Shown in pieces: positions 14,760-27,446 of a stretch of 64,000 nucleotides of DNA. The notes under the pieces were generated by a model. That model searched no databases and was not told the origin of the DNA. It saw nothing but the letters and a program-made list of their open reading frames with translations. Origin of the DNA: Utricularia gibba (Eukaryota > Plantae > Magnoliophyta); NCBI GenBank assembly GCA_002189035.1, contig NEEC01000013.1, positions 620,001-684,000 on the forward strand. Direction: 5' to 3'. A program made the position numbers and the translations under genes. Within the stretch, counting starts at the first letter, position 1, and each line of letters begins with the position of its first letter.

Positions 14760-15395
14760 TTAGTCGGCCGTCACCGGAAACCCAATCCCATGCCGTTTCG
14801 TGGGGAATACAACAAACAACATACTGCAAATCACCCCAATTCCAACCGGCAGCACCGCGAGCACTTCTTCCACTTCAGGCGACGGCGCCGGATAGAAACA
14901 GTTAACCGTGTTTTGATCAAACAGAGCAATCGCTGCAAAAACCAAAATCGACATCACCGCATGCATGAAATCAATGAATCTGATTTTATACTTGGCTGCT
15001 ATCTCCGGCGCCAGAACCGCCGACCCATCGATGATCCACAACCCGGAAAACGTCGCCAATCCGTAACTCACGCCCCCGTTTTGATCTTTAATACTATCTG
15101 TAAAGCTCAGCAGAATGCAAGAGAGACCACAAAGCGCAACGATGGCCGCCGTCATGACCCTGCTAACGGGATCGCATTTCCCCTGATTGGAGAAGATTGG
15201 AACGAGAAGGTGGTACGCGAGGACGGAGCCGGTGGGGAGGAGATTCGCGAGATGGGCGGTGCTTTGGAATGTTTGACTGATCGCTCTCTGCGTAGGAGTT
15301 TTCTCTATCTGGGGAACGGCGCTGCTGGTGTTCGACAGCAGTGGCGTCCTCTCTTGAGAAAGCTGGCTGCTGCCCTCTTCCTCTTTGATCTCCAT
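14760..15395 (-). CDS. DMP: DUF679 domain membrane protein (DMP3/4/6-like clade), single exon, 211 aa
   Basis: Family motifs AISQTFQSTAHLANLLPTGSVL, SFTDS, YGLATFSGLW, DFMHAVMSILVFAAIALFDQNTVNCFYP, FPTKRHGIGFP; four hydrophobic segments. Confidence 0.95.
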   Translation of the reverse strand: MEIKEEEGSSQLSQERTPLLSNTSSAVPQIEKTPTQRAISQTFQSTAHLANLLPTGSVLAYHLLVPIFSNQGKCDPVSRVMTAAIVALCGLSCILLSFTDSIKDQNGGVSYGLATFSGLWIIDGSAVLAPEIAAKYKIRFIDFMHAVMSILVFAAIALFDQNTVNCFYPAPSPEVEEVLAVLPVGIGVICSMLFVVFPTKRHGIGFPVTAD

Positions 15396-15849
15396 TTTTG
15401 TTTTGTTTCGGATGAAGGGGGTGGGATTTTATGCAGGAGAAGGGGGTGGTGGTGGTGATGGCTTTTGGAACAAGTTATTCTGTTGCGGGATTGCTGTCAT
15501 GAAGCAAGAAAGAGTGCAGTCCTTCTACGTCACAAGAACTGGTTTTTATTCCTGAGAAGTAAAGCTTGATCCTCAGAAACTTTAGGGTTTATACGCTTTT
15601 GGAGCAAGCTGACGTGTTGCTGCGGATTTGGGTTTTAACGAAAGCCAACTGCTTCGTACTGTCAACTACATTCTTTTCGCATATCTACTAAAGTATACAA
15701 CGGAGGACTTGCTGCACACAAAACCGAAAGAGTTCTATTACATACACACTGAACGCACAAGAACACTCTAAATTCATTCATTCCTAAGGTGAATCCTAAA
15801 AAGGCACACAATTAGGGAGCTCAATGGGTAGGTGAAACTCGCAGTGATT

Positions 15850-18800
15850 TTACTTGCTGAGAATGTACTTTTCAATAAGAGATAGAAGTTCAGGCTTTGA
15901 CATATTCTTTTTCCAAACCTCACCGACATCGTTCTTTGCCAGGACTTCCTTGAGTTGATCCCTGGTCAGTTTAGTGTAATCTTCCAAATTGTGTAGATGG
16001 CTGCCCGAATGTTTGTCGGTCCTCGAAAGCGAGGCTCCATGTTCGGGAATGCTCGTGTGGCTCTTGGGCCGCTTGTTTGCTCTTGGAGGCCTTGCATCTG
16101 GATCATGGTCCTGCACTGAATCCATGCCTGTATCATGGTCACCGATCCTACCACGCTTGGCATGTGAAACCGACCTCGCTCTACCATCCGATGTCATTTT
16201 GTCCCCATAACGAAAAGTGTTCAGTTCATGGGAGAGTTCATCTACCTGTCCTTGAGTGGCTTGGAGCTGAAGGGAGAGTTCCTCAGCCCGTTTATTGGCG
16301 TTTGCATGCGCAGTGCGTTCGCTCTCCAATAGTTTCTCAAGGACTTCCACAGTGTGTTTTCGCTGGCTGCTGTTTGACTGGAGAAGTGATTCGAGTTCTT
16401 GTTCCTTCTGCAATAGACGCTCCTCGAGCATTTGTACCTTAAACAAAGCATCCTCCTTAGATCCTCGGTGCCGTTCAATTTCATTCATCAAGTCAACCTT
16501 CTGCCTCTCCAAGGCCTCTGCTTGCCTCTCAGATCTCTCGATTTGGGCTAATCGTTCCATCGCAACTCGCTGGAGGTTACTCTTCTCCTTCTGAGCAGAG
16601 GATGCTTCAGCTCTAGCTTCATCTGCCAGTTCTATTGCCCTCTTAGCTTCTCTCTCAGCAACTCTACACCTTTCTTGAAGTTCTGCAAATCTGTTGAATT
16701 GACCTTGATAAGTCTGTTCAAGATGTGCCTTTTCCTGTTCAATTATCCTAACATTGTTTTCAGCAGAAACTGCTGCAGCATTTGAACTCTCAACTTTATC
16801 AGCCAGATTCCTAATCTCCGTCTTCAAACTTGATGTCTCTAGATCATAACTCTTGATCTTTGATTCAGCAGCCTGAAAGCAATGCGAAAGAGAGTGGATG
16901 GAAAAAAATGTTCAGCATTGATATTCTCCGACACCAGAGACGCAATTTCATCATACCATCAAACGAAAAAACTTGCAACGCAGACAAATTGTAAGCAGTT
17001 ATTGAAAAAGCACGTAGCTTTCAGTGATCAACAACATTTAGATCACCCTTCATCTTTTCCGGGGACCACATGAAGAATACGTGGAATAAGGCAGTCACGA
17101 GAATGCAGAAATCACTAAAGAATTTTGCCTTCAGTTTGGTGCACTGACCTTCATTTCCAAACTCAGAGTTGTCAAACGTTGTTCTACTTGCTCAAGTCTT
17201 GCAACCTTTTCCGCTATTTCTTCTTCCTGAAAAATGACAAATTCAAATTAAAAAAAAAAGGGCTTTCAGCATACAAGTTGTTCCGGATGTTTCCCACCTT
17301 CTGGGCGAGAGAGCCAGCAAATTCTGCCCTCAGTGCAGCTTCCTTTGATTGTGCTTGATAATTTAAACGCTCTTGGATCGAATTGGCATTCTCCAATGCA
17401 TTTTTCGCTTCTCTCACAGCGAATTCATATTTGCGCTTCCACTCTTCCACGTCCTCCAGTGCAGATTTGGCTTTCTCCTGAGATGCTGCTAGCCTTGCTT
17501 CAGCAGCTGAAGTTTTGGACCTCAGCATTGCAACTTCAGCAATAGCCTGCTCCTCGTCAGCCTTTTTCTTTGACAAACCTAACTCATACTTTCTCTTCCA
17601 TTCAAAGGACTCCTGCTTTGCTGTATCCAGAGCCTTGGTTAAATTAGAGATTTTCTCTTCCAAAGGACTACATTTTTTCTGCAAATTGGCAATACGACTC
17701 ATGTAATCATCTGCAAGCTTTTTCTTCTCGTTGGTAGCATCTTCAAAGCGTTTAATGTATTCTGATTTATACTTCTCACTGGCCTCCAGCTGTTTGTTAA
17801 GCAAGGCAATTTTGTCTTCAGATAACCGGTACTTCAAGGCAATTGAATTCTTTTCTGTTCCCAACTGATCTACTTGCCTCTTGATAAATTCAAGAATGGG
17901 ACCTTCAATACTGGCACACAATGAGAAGAAGTCTTAAAATATGAGTTTAATTATACCGTTAGAACACTGATGTACTAGGAAGTCAAATTTCAACACAAAC
18001 CATTGCTGTAAAAAGAGAAACGCCTTATGCCACTTCTCAGGTCCTTTACACGTGGTATCATACTTCAAAAGAAGCTCATCCAGAACCTATATTGATTGTC
18101 TGATCAGTTTTCAATTGCTACATATGTAAACAGCAGATTTCTCCCGGAAGAAATATACAAATGGAAAGGAGACTTGCCTTAACAACTGTGTCAATTTTCG
18201 CACCAGGGGCATGACAAGCCAACTTAAGCTCCTTCCCCATATTTTCTATTGTACTTGCACACTTCACATGTGCCTCAGAAAAATGATCTTTTTTAATGTC
18301 CTATAAGCAAAATAGATACATGAACAATCGGTAGCCATGAAAGTGTGACTAAATTCAGAATCGATGTTTTGTTCATATAATCCACATGCCTGTATACTCA
18401 ATTGAGATATCACGCAGATCTGACAACAGCATACATAATTAGTACGGCCATTGTAGAAAGAATAGAAGAAAGCATACCTCAAAAGCCTTTTTAAAAAAAC
18501 TGTGGAGACGTTTTTCATACTTTTGCCTAGCCGAGCCTGACCCAACAGCTGTACCATTAAAAATGATCATTGATTTCTGAACTGCATCTTCATGTGCCTC
18601 TCTTAGTGCCGCCTGGTGACCATTTTATTATCAAAATACGCAAAGAAGGCACAAAACGATGCTCGATAATAATTGCATACTTCCTCTGGTGGCTTTGAAT
18701 GGTCAAAAGAAGATATGTACGCTTCAGAACCCAATTCATAAGCCCTCTGACACTCTGCTTCCTCTACGCTCTTTAAAAAAAAAATAGGCAATACTGATGT

Positions 18801-21065
18801 TAAACCTTTGAGAGACATCTAACTCAAGTATCAAAGCAACATGAAGACTATAGTTGAGTTGCACAATGCATGAATATAGCCAGTATCAATGCCAACGAGG
18901 ATTCCATTTAAGTTTTTAAGACCAGCTTTCTTCCCCAACTTAATTTGGTGATCGCACAGTTGCTCTTCCTTTTAAGAAAAGACTACCTTAAAGACTAAAC
19001 AAAAATAGAAAACAAGATAGCCAGATATACAGCATCAACAAGATGCAATAAGAGTAGGAAAACAATGTTGACCATAAGTTTACAGGTAACAAACCTGCCA
19101 AGAAGAAGTTATTGTAGGCACCGCCCCATTATTCAGCGCATCCAGAAATGATTGGGTAATACGAGCCAGAATGGGACCTGTCATCATTGTTGCACCCATT
19201 TGCTTGGGTTTTGCCCTCTCAAAAACAAATTTAGTCAAAGCATCTAAACCTGATCTGAACTCAGGTCTCAATTTTTCCAGCTGCACAACGACAGTTTTTT
19301 AAAAACACCCCAAGGAAGGCCAGAGAGAAAAGAAAAGAGGAAGAAACAGAAGCCAGGGTGATTACATAAAGCAGAAACTGAGCATGCAAAATCTACACCT
19401 TCAGCAACCACTTACAGGAATCTGATCAAGACGCTGAAGATCATTCTCATTGCTTAATGGCCGTACAAGAGTGTAGCATTCTCTATCAGGAAAAAGTGCC
19501 CGGATGGAGTCCCGTATCTAGAAAATTGTTTGAGTAGATAAAGAATAAGTCTTCTATAATGAAGAATAATAATAAATGCCAAACATCTGTTAAAAGTTTT
19601 TTTCCACAAAGTCTCATTGTAAAATATAGAGAACTAAAACAAATGAGCACCTCATTCTTGGCAGCTACATCCCTCCCACCCCCATTAACTGGCCTTAACG
19701 CAAGTTCCAGGTAGTCACGTGGTGTAATTTTGCGATTGTCCTCTTCTAGATCCAAATAAAAGTCCTGGATCAAAATGCATTCAATTCAGTCACAGCATAC
19801 CAACTGCTAAAAATTTGCAGCCTTGAGAAATTACCCTAAGAAGCCAAACGAAAATTGGGGAGAACTGCCCAAGCTCTGATGCTGTACTTCTGCCTCCGGA
19901 AGCTCTAACACGTATATGCTTGGTCATTGCAGTTACAAGAGAGAGACGATCTAATGAAGCCTCATCAATACCACCCATCTAGTTAACCAAAAGAAATAAA
20001 ATCTTATGCACCTCCATTGCATCATTAAGGTGCTCGGGAAAAATCAGAAAGTAGCTCATAAAAAATAATGAAGTTTACCTGGTTGTATATAAACATGCTT
20101 GACAAAAGAACAGCCAATGAAAATATCTGAGTGCTATACGTTCCCTGTGAAAATAAAATTTCATTATCGCAGAAAGGCATAAAAACTTATGTCAGAAAAA
20201 TGGTAAAGATCATGCCCCATATAAGATATCTGCTGGCAATTCAAAGAAAAAAAATGGATGCAAAAATCATACAACGTTACTAACTAATTTTAAAAAGTTA
20301 AAACAAATCAAGGTAATAGGCTGTACTGTTTGATCATAGGCATCTATTCCTTCAGAATCCAAAAGCAAAAGGTTGTATTCCGTTCCATCAAGAGCAGTTC
20401 TTCTAATTGGGGAACTCCATAACCATAGGCCTTTTGTGCAGGGACGATGTGTTGGTGCCACTTGGAATCCACTGCTTCTTCCGAGAAGCTGAAATATAAC
20501 AATCAGCAATTTATAATGATGTAAGCTACAAGTAAAAAAATTCGGAAATAATGAGTCACTATCGAAACATACAATAAATAAGACTATATGTTCCATGACA
20601 ATAATTCTGAATAACAAAAAAACGGAGTTAAACTAACATAAATACACAAACCTAATATTTCAAAGGAAACATCCTCAAAATCCATCTGTGAAGAGTTTAA
20701 GACCTTTGTGAAACCCAAAATAGCTAATTATGAATGAAAGAAACAGTAAAAAATATACATGAATTCACCAAAATTACCTGATTTAGTACAAAGCTCTTGC
20801 CTTGACGAGCTCTACCACACACAGAAACCACACCCACTGGTTCCTTGACCAACTGAAGCAGAGCAACAGCTTCTGGATCCATATGAAAACGCCCTTTTTC
20901 ATCAGTGTAAACAAGGCGAATAGGCCTTGCTGGTCCAGCAGATACGTTGTATGAACCAAACGGGGGTGGACTCTTCGGTGATGCCACAGACTTTGGCGAC
21001 TCTCCCGGAGAACCTCTGAAAAAACTTCTCATTCTCCCAAAATCTTCGCCTCCTCTCTCACCCAT
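15850..21065 (-). CDS. Guanylate-binding protein-like large GTPase, GBPL3-like; 14 exons, ~1069 aa
   Basis: Exons (minus): 21065-20778, 20488-20327, 20144-20079, 19978-19835, 19764-19651, 19517-19416, 19280-19095, 18770-18681, 18612-18478, 18300-18178, 18086-18001, 17910-17298, 17226-17149, 16872-15850. All join in frame; 12 GT-AG introns and one GC-AG intron. P-loop GRARQGKS, THRPCTKG, DSEG, long coiled coil, low-complexity tail, terminal EDYTKLT motif. Confidence 0.95.
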
Positions 21066-22799
21066 TCACAAGATACCTAAGTAATGAGAAGACGGAGAAA
21101 AATCAGCATCGTTTTAACATTTACAGTGACGTTTTCTTCAGAAAAAAATCTACTTTTTGTTGGATAAAAATCATAATCACAGTTATCAGCTCAAAAGAAA
21201 CGAAAAAAATGGTAGGGGAGACGAATTAAAAACAGAATATTCAACCAAGTAATTGAACTGAATTGAGCAAGCAAATTTGGCTCTGAAACGAAGTTCAAAC
21301 GATCTGCCAATCGAAAAACAAACCTAACGAGTTTCCCACCTACTACCGAATCGAAATGCGCAATCCGAGAAGCCTCAGCGGAAGCAGAGCAAAATCGAGA
21401 GTGCTATTTCTTGGGTGCGAACAGTCGAAGGTCGTAAAAAGAAGAGGGAAAGTCCGATACTCGAGAGTAACAGATTTTTATTTTGTCCTTTTTTTGTTTT
21501 GAAAAAATAAAACTTTAATTTTTTTCTTGGGCCACAAAAATGATGCTCCATTGGGCCCCTATTCGATACACCATCGGGACGAATTTGGACACTCTTTGTG
21601 ATTCTGGAGCGAGAGATCCAGTCCAGGTGGCGGAATACAAATTGGAAGATTCTTTTTTGGATCCACCCCAACCATAGAGTGCTATTCCTTCTACTCTTTT
21701 AATTCGTTAATTATGCCATTTATTGTGGTTGAAAATTGATTTTGTTGAAGATGACCGATTTCACGGTTGCAAAAGTGGTTTTATTTGTATCCAATTTACA
21801 ATTTTCGGATTTATGTGTTGCTATTGAGATAAAAGAAGTAAAAAAAGATTGAGATTTTTACATGAAAATTGTTTAAACGAAAAAATAAGAAGTTGAGGGA
21901 ACTTACCAAAGAATTAGTTGCACTAAAAAAGGAAGGAAGAAGGGTTACAAGTGGTATGATGAGAGTCCAATCATTTTTTCTTCGAACATTCCATTATTTA
22001 TGTGATAAGTTATCATGACCTAATATTACAGATATGAGTTAATTTTTATGTATGATTACTATGCATGTGGTCCTACTAACACATAACCATCAGTTACTCT
22101 AAAATTCTTGCAATTTGGCTAACTTTCAAGTTCTATTGAAGTGGCCACCTTTGTGCTGCTTCCTGTTGACTTGCCCGTATACTATATAGATTGTCATAGG
22201 TGATTTTCTTCTTTCCCACCAATATCCTCGAAGAGAAAGCAGATTTTGGTATCACTCTTTGCCAATTCTTAGACACTCCTTGAGATTATCTCCACATGGC
22301 ACCGATTTATAATACGTTGATTTCATTCCAAATTACCATTGATCAATTTTTATTAATAATGTTGTATTTGGAAATATTATTAATCTCGTTTATATTAAAT
22401 TTGTTAAATCTTTGTTTCAATTATATTATTTATTTTTATTGATCCTAAAAAAATATATTTATATCATAATATTAAATTATACATTAATTTTTATAATATA
22501 TATTTTATTTTATTAAATTTTATAATATAATTTTATAGTATATTATAAAACAGTTTTATAATTTTAAAATTGATTTTATTCATATTATTTTAAAATTATT
22601 TTTATTCTATATAATCTAAAATACAATGATTGAGATTTTACGAGTACACAAAAATCACTAAATTAATAAAATAAGATCGTATACATATAAAATTATTATT
22701 AAAATTTTCTTTTAAAATAATGATTCATCAAGACCAAAAACAAAATAAAAATTTGGTTTTAAAAATAACATAAAAATAATTTTAAATATATAATCCAAT

Positions 22800-23790
22800 T
22801 TACTCAAAACTCATTTATACTTGTGTGTATAAATCTTAAGAATTAATCTGCTTATGTAAGTTTTGTAAGTGTTATTTTAAAGTAGTACTATTTATTGATT
22901 TTTATATTGTCGTCCATCGTTTAGTAGAATTATAATATCAACTACAATACTATTGTCATTTCATCTCTTGTAATAATACATGTTTTTTTCACACTTAAAT
23001 ATAGCCCCTACACTTTACACTTCGTAGAAATTTGATAAATTGTATCTTATTAACGATGTATGATTAAATCCTTTTCTTTAGGTGTTTGAATCCAATATTA
23101 AATTCTCCCATAATCCTTTCGGGTTATGTATTATTGAAAAGCGTTGGTAAAGAAAACGTTATAAAAAATAGAATCAAATTTCAAATTAAATGTTGAATAA
23201 CATGTTAAATCAGTCATATGTGCAGGACTTGTACAAACAAAACTTTATCGTAGATCCTTAATTGCAAGCACTTATACATGCATGCTAGATTCCAATACAC
23301 AAAAATTAATGAAAACAAATATGAAATGAATCTAAAAATGCAAGACTTGCCCCTAAACTCTTATATTGTCTTTGATATCTTCCAACACCTTGGTGCTCAG
23401 ACCCCTTTTATAGAAATAGGAATATGTTGGGTTTACTTGATGGTATCATATCAAATTTTTATCTAAATCTTTTAAGATGAAAATCTTCTAAGATAAGATC
23501 TAAATTGTTTTAGTATAAGATGCAAAATTTATTCTTTAAAAAAATTTTATCGAGTCTTTATCTAGAAAGACTAAATATGTTTACACTAAAGTCAACTCGA
23601 ATTTCATCAAAATTAGATTAAAATTGTACTAAAAAATCATAAAACATATTTTCATTTTAAAAAGATCAAATTGATATAAAAGATATAAAATTATTCTATA
23701 AACATAGAGAAAATGAAATAAAATAGATGTAAAATCAATCTAAAAAAATTATTAAAAACATAAATATAAATGATATAAAATTAATTATCA
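22800..23790 (-). mobile_element. Heavily AT-decayed Athila-like solo LTR (same family as 55245-56250)
   Basis: Shares CGTTGGTAAAGAAAACGTT...AGAATCAAA..TCAAATTAAATG and colinear flanks with 55245-56250. Plus strand ends TTATCA at 23790 (TGATAA LTR start on minus). Confidence 0.6.
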
Positions 23791-24228
23791 TACAACTTCA
23801 AATTATGGAATATTCCCAATATAACTAATAACTAATTGATTCGCTATATTAGTCAATACTTTGGCATTTGTAACCGTTACAATTAATTAATTAATTTGTA
23901 AAGTTATCGATTTAAATGGTTTTGTCATTGTTAAAATTTCCCATCCCTATAATAGATAACCCAAAATCAATTTAAAAGGAAAGTTTATTAAAAAAAAAGA
24001 AAAAAGAAAAGATTGTTTCATTATGTTGGTATACCGGCGACTTTTCTGGAATTAGTCGGCGATTGAATTTGAGTTACAAAATATATTAAAATAAAATACA
24101 AATTGAATTATCCCTCAACCTACTATTCGTTTTTTTTTTTTTTTTTTTGCATAACAAATTCTGGAATTTCAGTCTGCAGAATACTAATGATACAATACTC
24201 CAGCACCGCCCACCATGTGCGCCGCCGA

Positions 24229-27122
24229 TCACAGAGCTATGTCAAGCAGGCACTCTCTCGTGCTGCTAAATCGAGGACCCACTTTGCCGACGCCTTCATC
24301 ACCATACACCGTTACATTTTCGCGCCTCCTCTTGCTGATAGCTTCACCATCGAGCATAGGAAATCCGAAAAGTCTGAAACTATCTCCGACGACAGGTGCA
24401 GTTAGGGGAAGAGCGATCCGTTCCAGCCTTTCACCAAAATCTGTGGCTCCTGCTCCGCTCGAAGTATACATCCTTGGTTGTCTGTGAGAGGCATCCTGTT
24501 TCCAGTTTTCGAGCTTGCTAGTATACCCGTACAATAAAGACGATGGCGGCTGCATTGCGAGTACTGATGAGGGAGATGACGCGTACGCAGCATTGTAGAC
24601 TGCAGGCAGGGGAGATGGCGACCAGCCAGTTCCCTGCCGCGATGCCTGTTCTTGGACTCTACAGAGGAATGGGATCGGTGCAGTTTCTTGACCTTGCAAG
24701 ACCTGACGGCATCGAAAGGACTCATCTGGTGGCAGGTTGCTGTCTGCCATGGCGTTGCCTTTCCAAGTGTCTAAGCCGGGAAAGTTCGCATCGAAGGGAA
24801 ACGGCGGCCTCGGAACGCTTCCGAAGCCGAAAACTTCTTGACCTTGCAAGACCTTCTGAAACCTCAATGGCTCCTGAATGTCTGAAACTCTGTCCCCTTC
24901 TGCAGGCACCAACGATCCAGCTCATGAGACCCGAATCATATGTATACAAACACGAGTTGTGAATACAAATGCAAGAATTTGTGAACCTGTAAGATCTGAA
25001 TGTGCACCGGGGAAGCGACTTCGTTTCGTCCCGGGAAGAAGAAAGGTGCTCGACGGTCCACAGACCGTCCCAGAAAGTTCGATCTCCCAGGGCGACACCC
25101 GAGTGACTCGATTCGCTTCCATGTTATCCAATCTCACCTGCAAATGATCAGGAGAGGCCATGATAACTATACAGAACCAGTAAACCATTTCCACAAGACT
25201 TGCAGTTGCCACCACGGTACTACTCACCAGCAAGCATTTCCACTTTGAAGAAGGCCACCGCAATGGATCCGCATCGCTGACCCCAATAACTACACCACTG
25301 CTTCTGCAAGAGTAGAACGTAACAAAGCCGATGAATGAAACATTCGTGAATTGAGCACTGGAGAAGCAACACAGGCACACCTTCTTTCAGAAGAATCTTC
25401 AGCCTCACAGCGGAGTTTAAATCTCATCCCACAGGAGTATGGCTGCATGAGGCTCTTTGAGAACTTAGCATACGGTACAATGATCTCAGACCAATGAGCC
25501 CTGCATCCCAATAAACATCGGCATGACAACGGACATCATCGGCTTGAACTAGAAAAGGTTATACCTTGGGTTGTAACAAATGTCGAAGGTGCTTCCCATG
25601 GAGATGGCATTCACGACAGAAGCAATGCTGCTATTCAGGTGGGGGTTCAGGGGAACAACAGAAGCATGGGTTTTAACTTGGGCAGCCCTCCTAACTCCGA
25701 GCCTTAGTTCGCCGTCTCCGCCTCTGCAGCATTTGTATTATCTTCCACAATCAAAGGAATCCACCTTCATAAATGTCAAAATCAATTCAAAGTGTACCGA
25801 CCTTAAAAAGAGCACAGCATCTCCAGACAGAAGTTTTTTCTTATTCACAAACGCACTCCAACCCGTAGTCAGCAAATGTCTTCGAGGCTGACCTGATCAA
25901 AGAAGAGCAAATACTAGTAGAACCACAGAGATGAAGCCACTTGCCTTACCTGGAGGTCCATCACCTTCATACTTGAGCAAGGTTAAAACGACAATTTACC
26001 TCTGTAAATATGCCGGAATTTCCACTCAGTTCCATGTAAATCTTTGGCAACGAGTTCCTGTGATGGTCTTTGTTGTTTATAATCCTAGAAAAAGCACAAC
26101 AAAAATCAGAACTTCATAAGGGTTAATGTTATTCGTCGAGGAAACCGTATTTTCATGACTCCTGATACCAGAGGAGGAAAGCAGTCCTCAGCAGCACGAC
26201 GTGGCACGGAAAAGCCACCGTGTGTACTCGTATCAGAGGCAGTGAGAGTTTTACAGAACATATGAGGGATTATGGTCTTCGCAGTAGTGTCAGCATCATC
26301 ATCGGCTTCAGTTTCTAGTATCCCATTCCTCCATTCATTCTCGATCTGCAAGAATGTCACAATTCAAAACGAGTCAGGTAACCAGAGGAACTTTCGTTCT
26401 GTTCACATATTCATCCAATTGAAATAATGGCCAAAGTAAGTGTTCATGATGCGCAAAATACAGCTTCGCGCTATGTTCGTAAGCAATATTACAAGCAGAA
26501 AACAATAGCAAAAAGAGAAAAACACAAGTTTCGGACAAAATGACTCTCTATATGTGAGAAACGGTCTAATAAGTGTTCTGCTTGTGATATTTATCCACAA
26601 CCCAGAAGGCATGAGCAACAGAGATGCTTAAAGCACAAAATGTAACTCTTTTCGGTGCTGAAACTGGGCGCCATTACAAAATGTTTCGTCATACCTGCTG
26701 GTTCGGAACTAAAGAAACTTGTGCAAAAACCTCGTCGGTGTCTGATTCTACCTAACAAAGGGGGAAAACACAGCTTAATAAAAAACCCCGCGAACAAAAA
26801 TAGCAGTGAAGAAGAAAATGAGCCATTTAGTTACATGAAGCTTAACATCGACAACGCGGCAGAAAACATGAGGCGGAAGATCATAAACGACGGCCGAATG
26901 CTCTGGCAGAAGCTCAGCATGTCCCTGAGGAAAATAGACAACGGCAGCTCCTTTCTTCGGAAGAGAGATCAACGGCCCAGCACAAGCGTGCCACAGCTCC
27001 AAGGACACCTCCGCCGTGGATTCCAATTTCCCAGAAACCAGAGACGAAGCCGGGGAAGAAGAAAGCGACTCCTCCTCATCTTCATTGTTAGCAAGGTTTA
27101 AATCAAATAACCCACACATCAT
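24229..27122 (-). CDS. ARF3: Auxin response factor 3 / ETTIN; 10 exons, ~624 aa, no PB1 domain
   Basis: Exons (minus): 27122-26835, 26751-26695, 26345-26169, 26084-26000, 25892-25802, 25723-25565, 25500-25381, 25303-25228, 25137-24987, 24899-24229; all GT-AG and in frame. [15 protein letters not shown]3 domain ([30 protein letters not shown]; [18 protein letters not shown]), RVSPWEIE, two QKVLQGQE-type motifs, C-terminal RLFGF (24361-24375). Confidence 0.96.
24685..24705 (-). promoter_or_regulatory. tasiR-ARF (TAS3 ta-siRNA) target site 2 in ARF3
   Basis: Plus strand TTCTTGACCTTGCAAGACCTG closely matches tasiR-ARF (UUCUUGACCUUGUAAGACCUU), so the mRNA carries the complement. Confidence 0.95.
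24835..24855 (-). promoter_or_regulatory. tasiR-ARF (TAS3 ta-siRNA) target site 1 in ARF3
   Basis: Plus strand TTCTTGACCTTGCAAGACCTT. Paired sites are characteristic of ARF3/ARF4. Confidence 0.95.
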
Positions 27123-27149
27123 ATCCTACGGGCGGAACACTTGGGAAAA

Positions 27150-27446
27150 TCACATGGAGACACGAAACCCAGATGGGAAAATTTCTCAACTTCCGAAATA
27201 AAAGTAGAAACTTCACTTGGTGGTCAAATTATACAGAATGGGGGAAGTAGTCACGGAGGAGCGTGAGAGAGAAAAAATGGAGGAGGAGGCAATACTTTAA
27301 AAGCGATCAGCTTTAAACCCGGGCTCGCTTTTGGCCCCTGCAGATGAAATCAGAGTTTATTTACTTGCTATATTGAAACTCCATCCGTACCATCTTTTTT
27401 CTCCTCGAATTTTTTCATATCATATAACAAGGAAAAGGAATGGCAT
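27150..27446 (-). promoter_or_regulatory. Cluster of upstream ORFs in the probable ARF3 5' leader
   Basis: Minus-strand ATGs: 27446 (MPFLFLVI*), 27423 (MI*), 27418 (MKKFEEKKDGTDGVSI*), 27393/27384 (MVRMEFQYSK*), 27155 (ATG-TGA). The transcription start is inferred, not known. Confidence 0.6.

Noticed and set aside
14790-15458. 222-aa plus-strand ORF
   Set aside because: Antisense shadow of the GC-rich DMP coding sequence; Arg-rich with no recognisable motif.
24103-25248. Plus-strand ORFs of 80-140 aa over ARF3
   Set aside because: Antisense to ARF3 exons 9-10; no independent gene signals.
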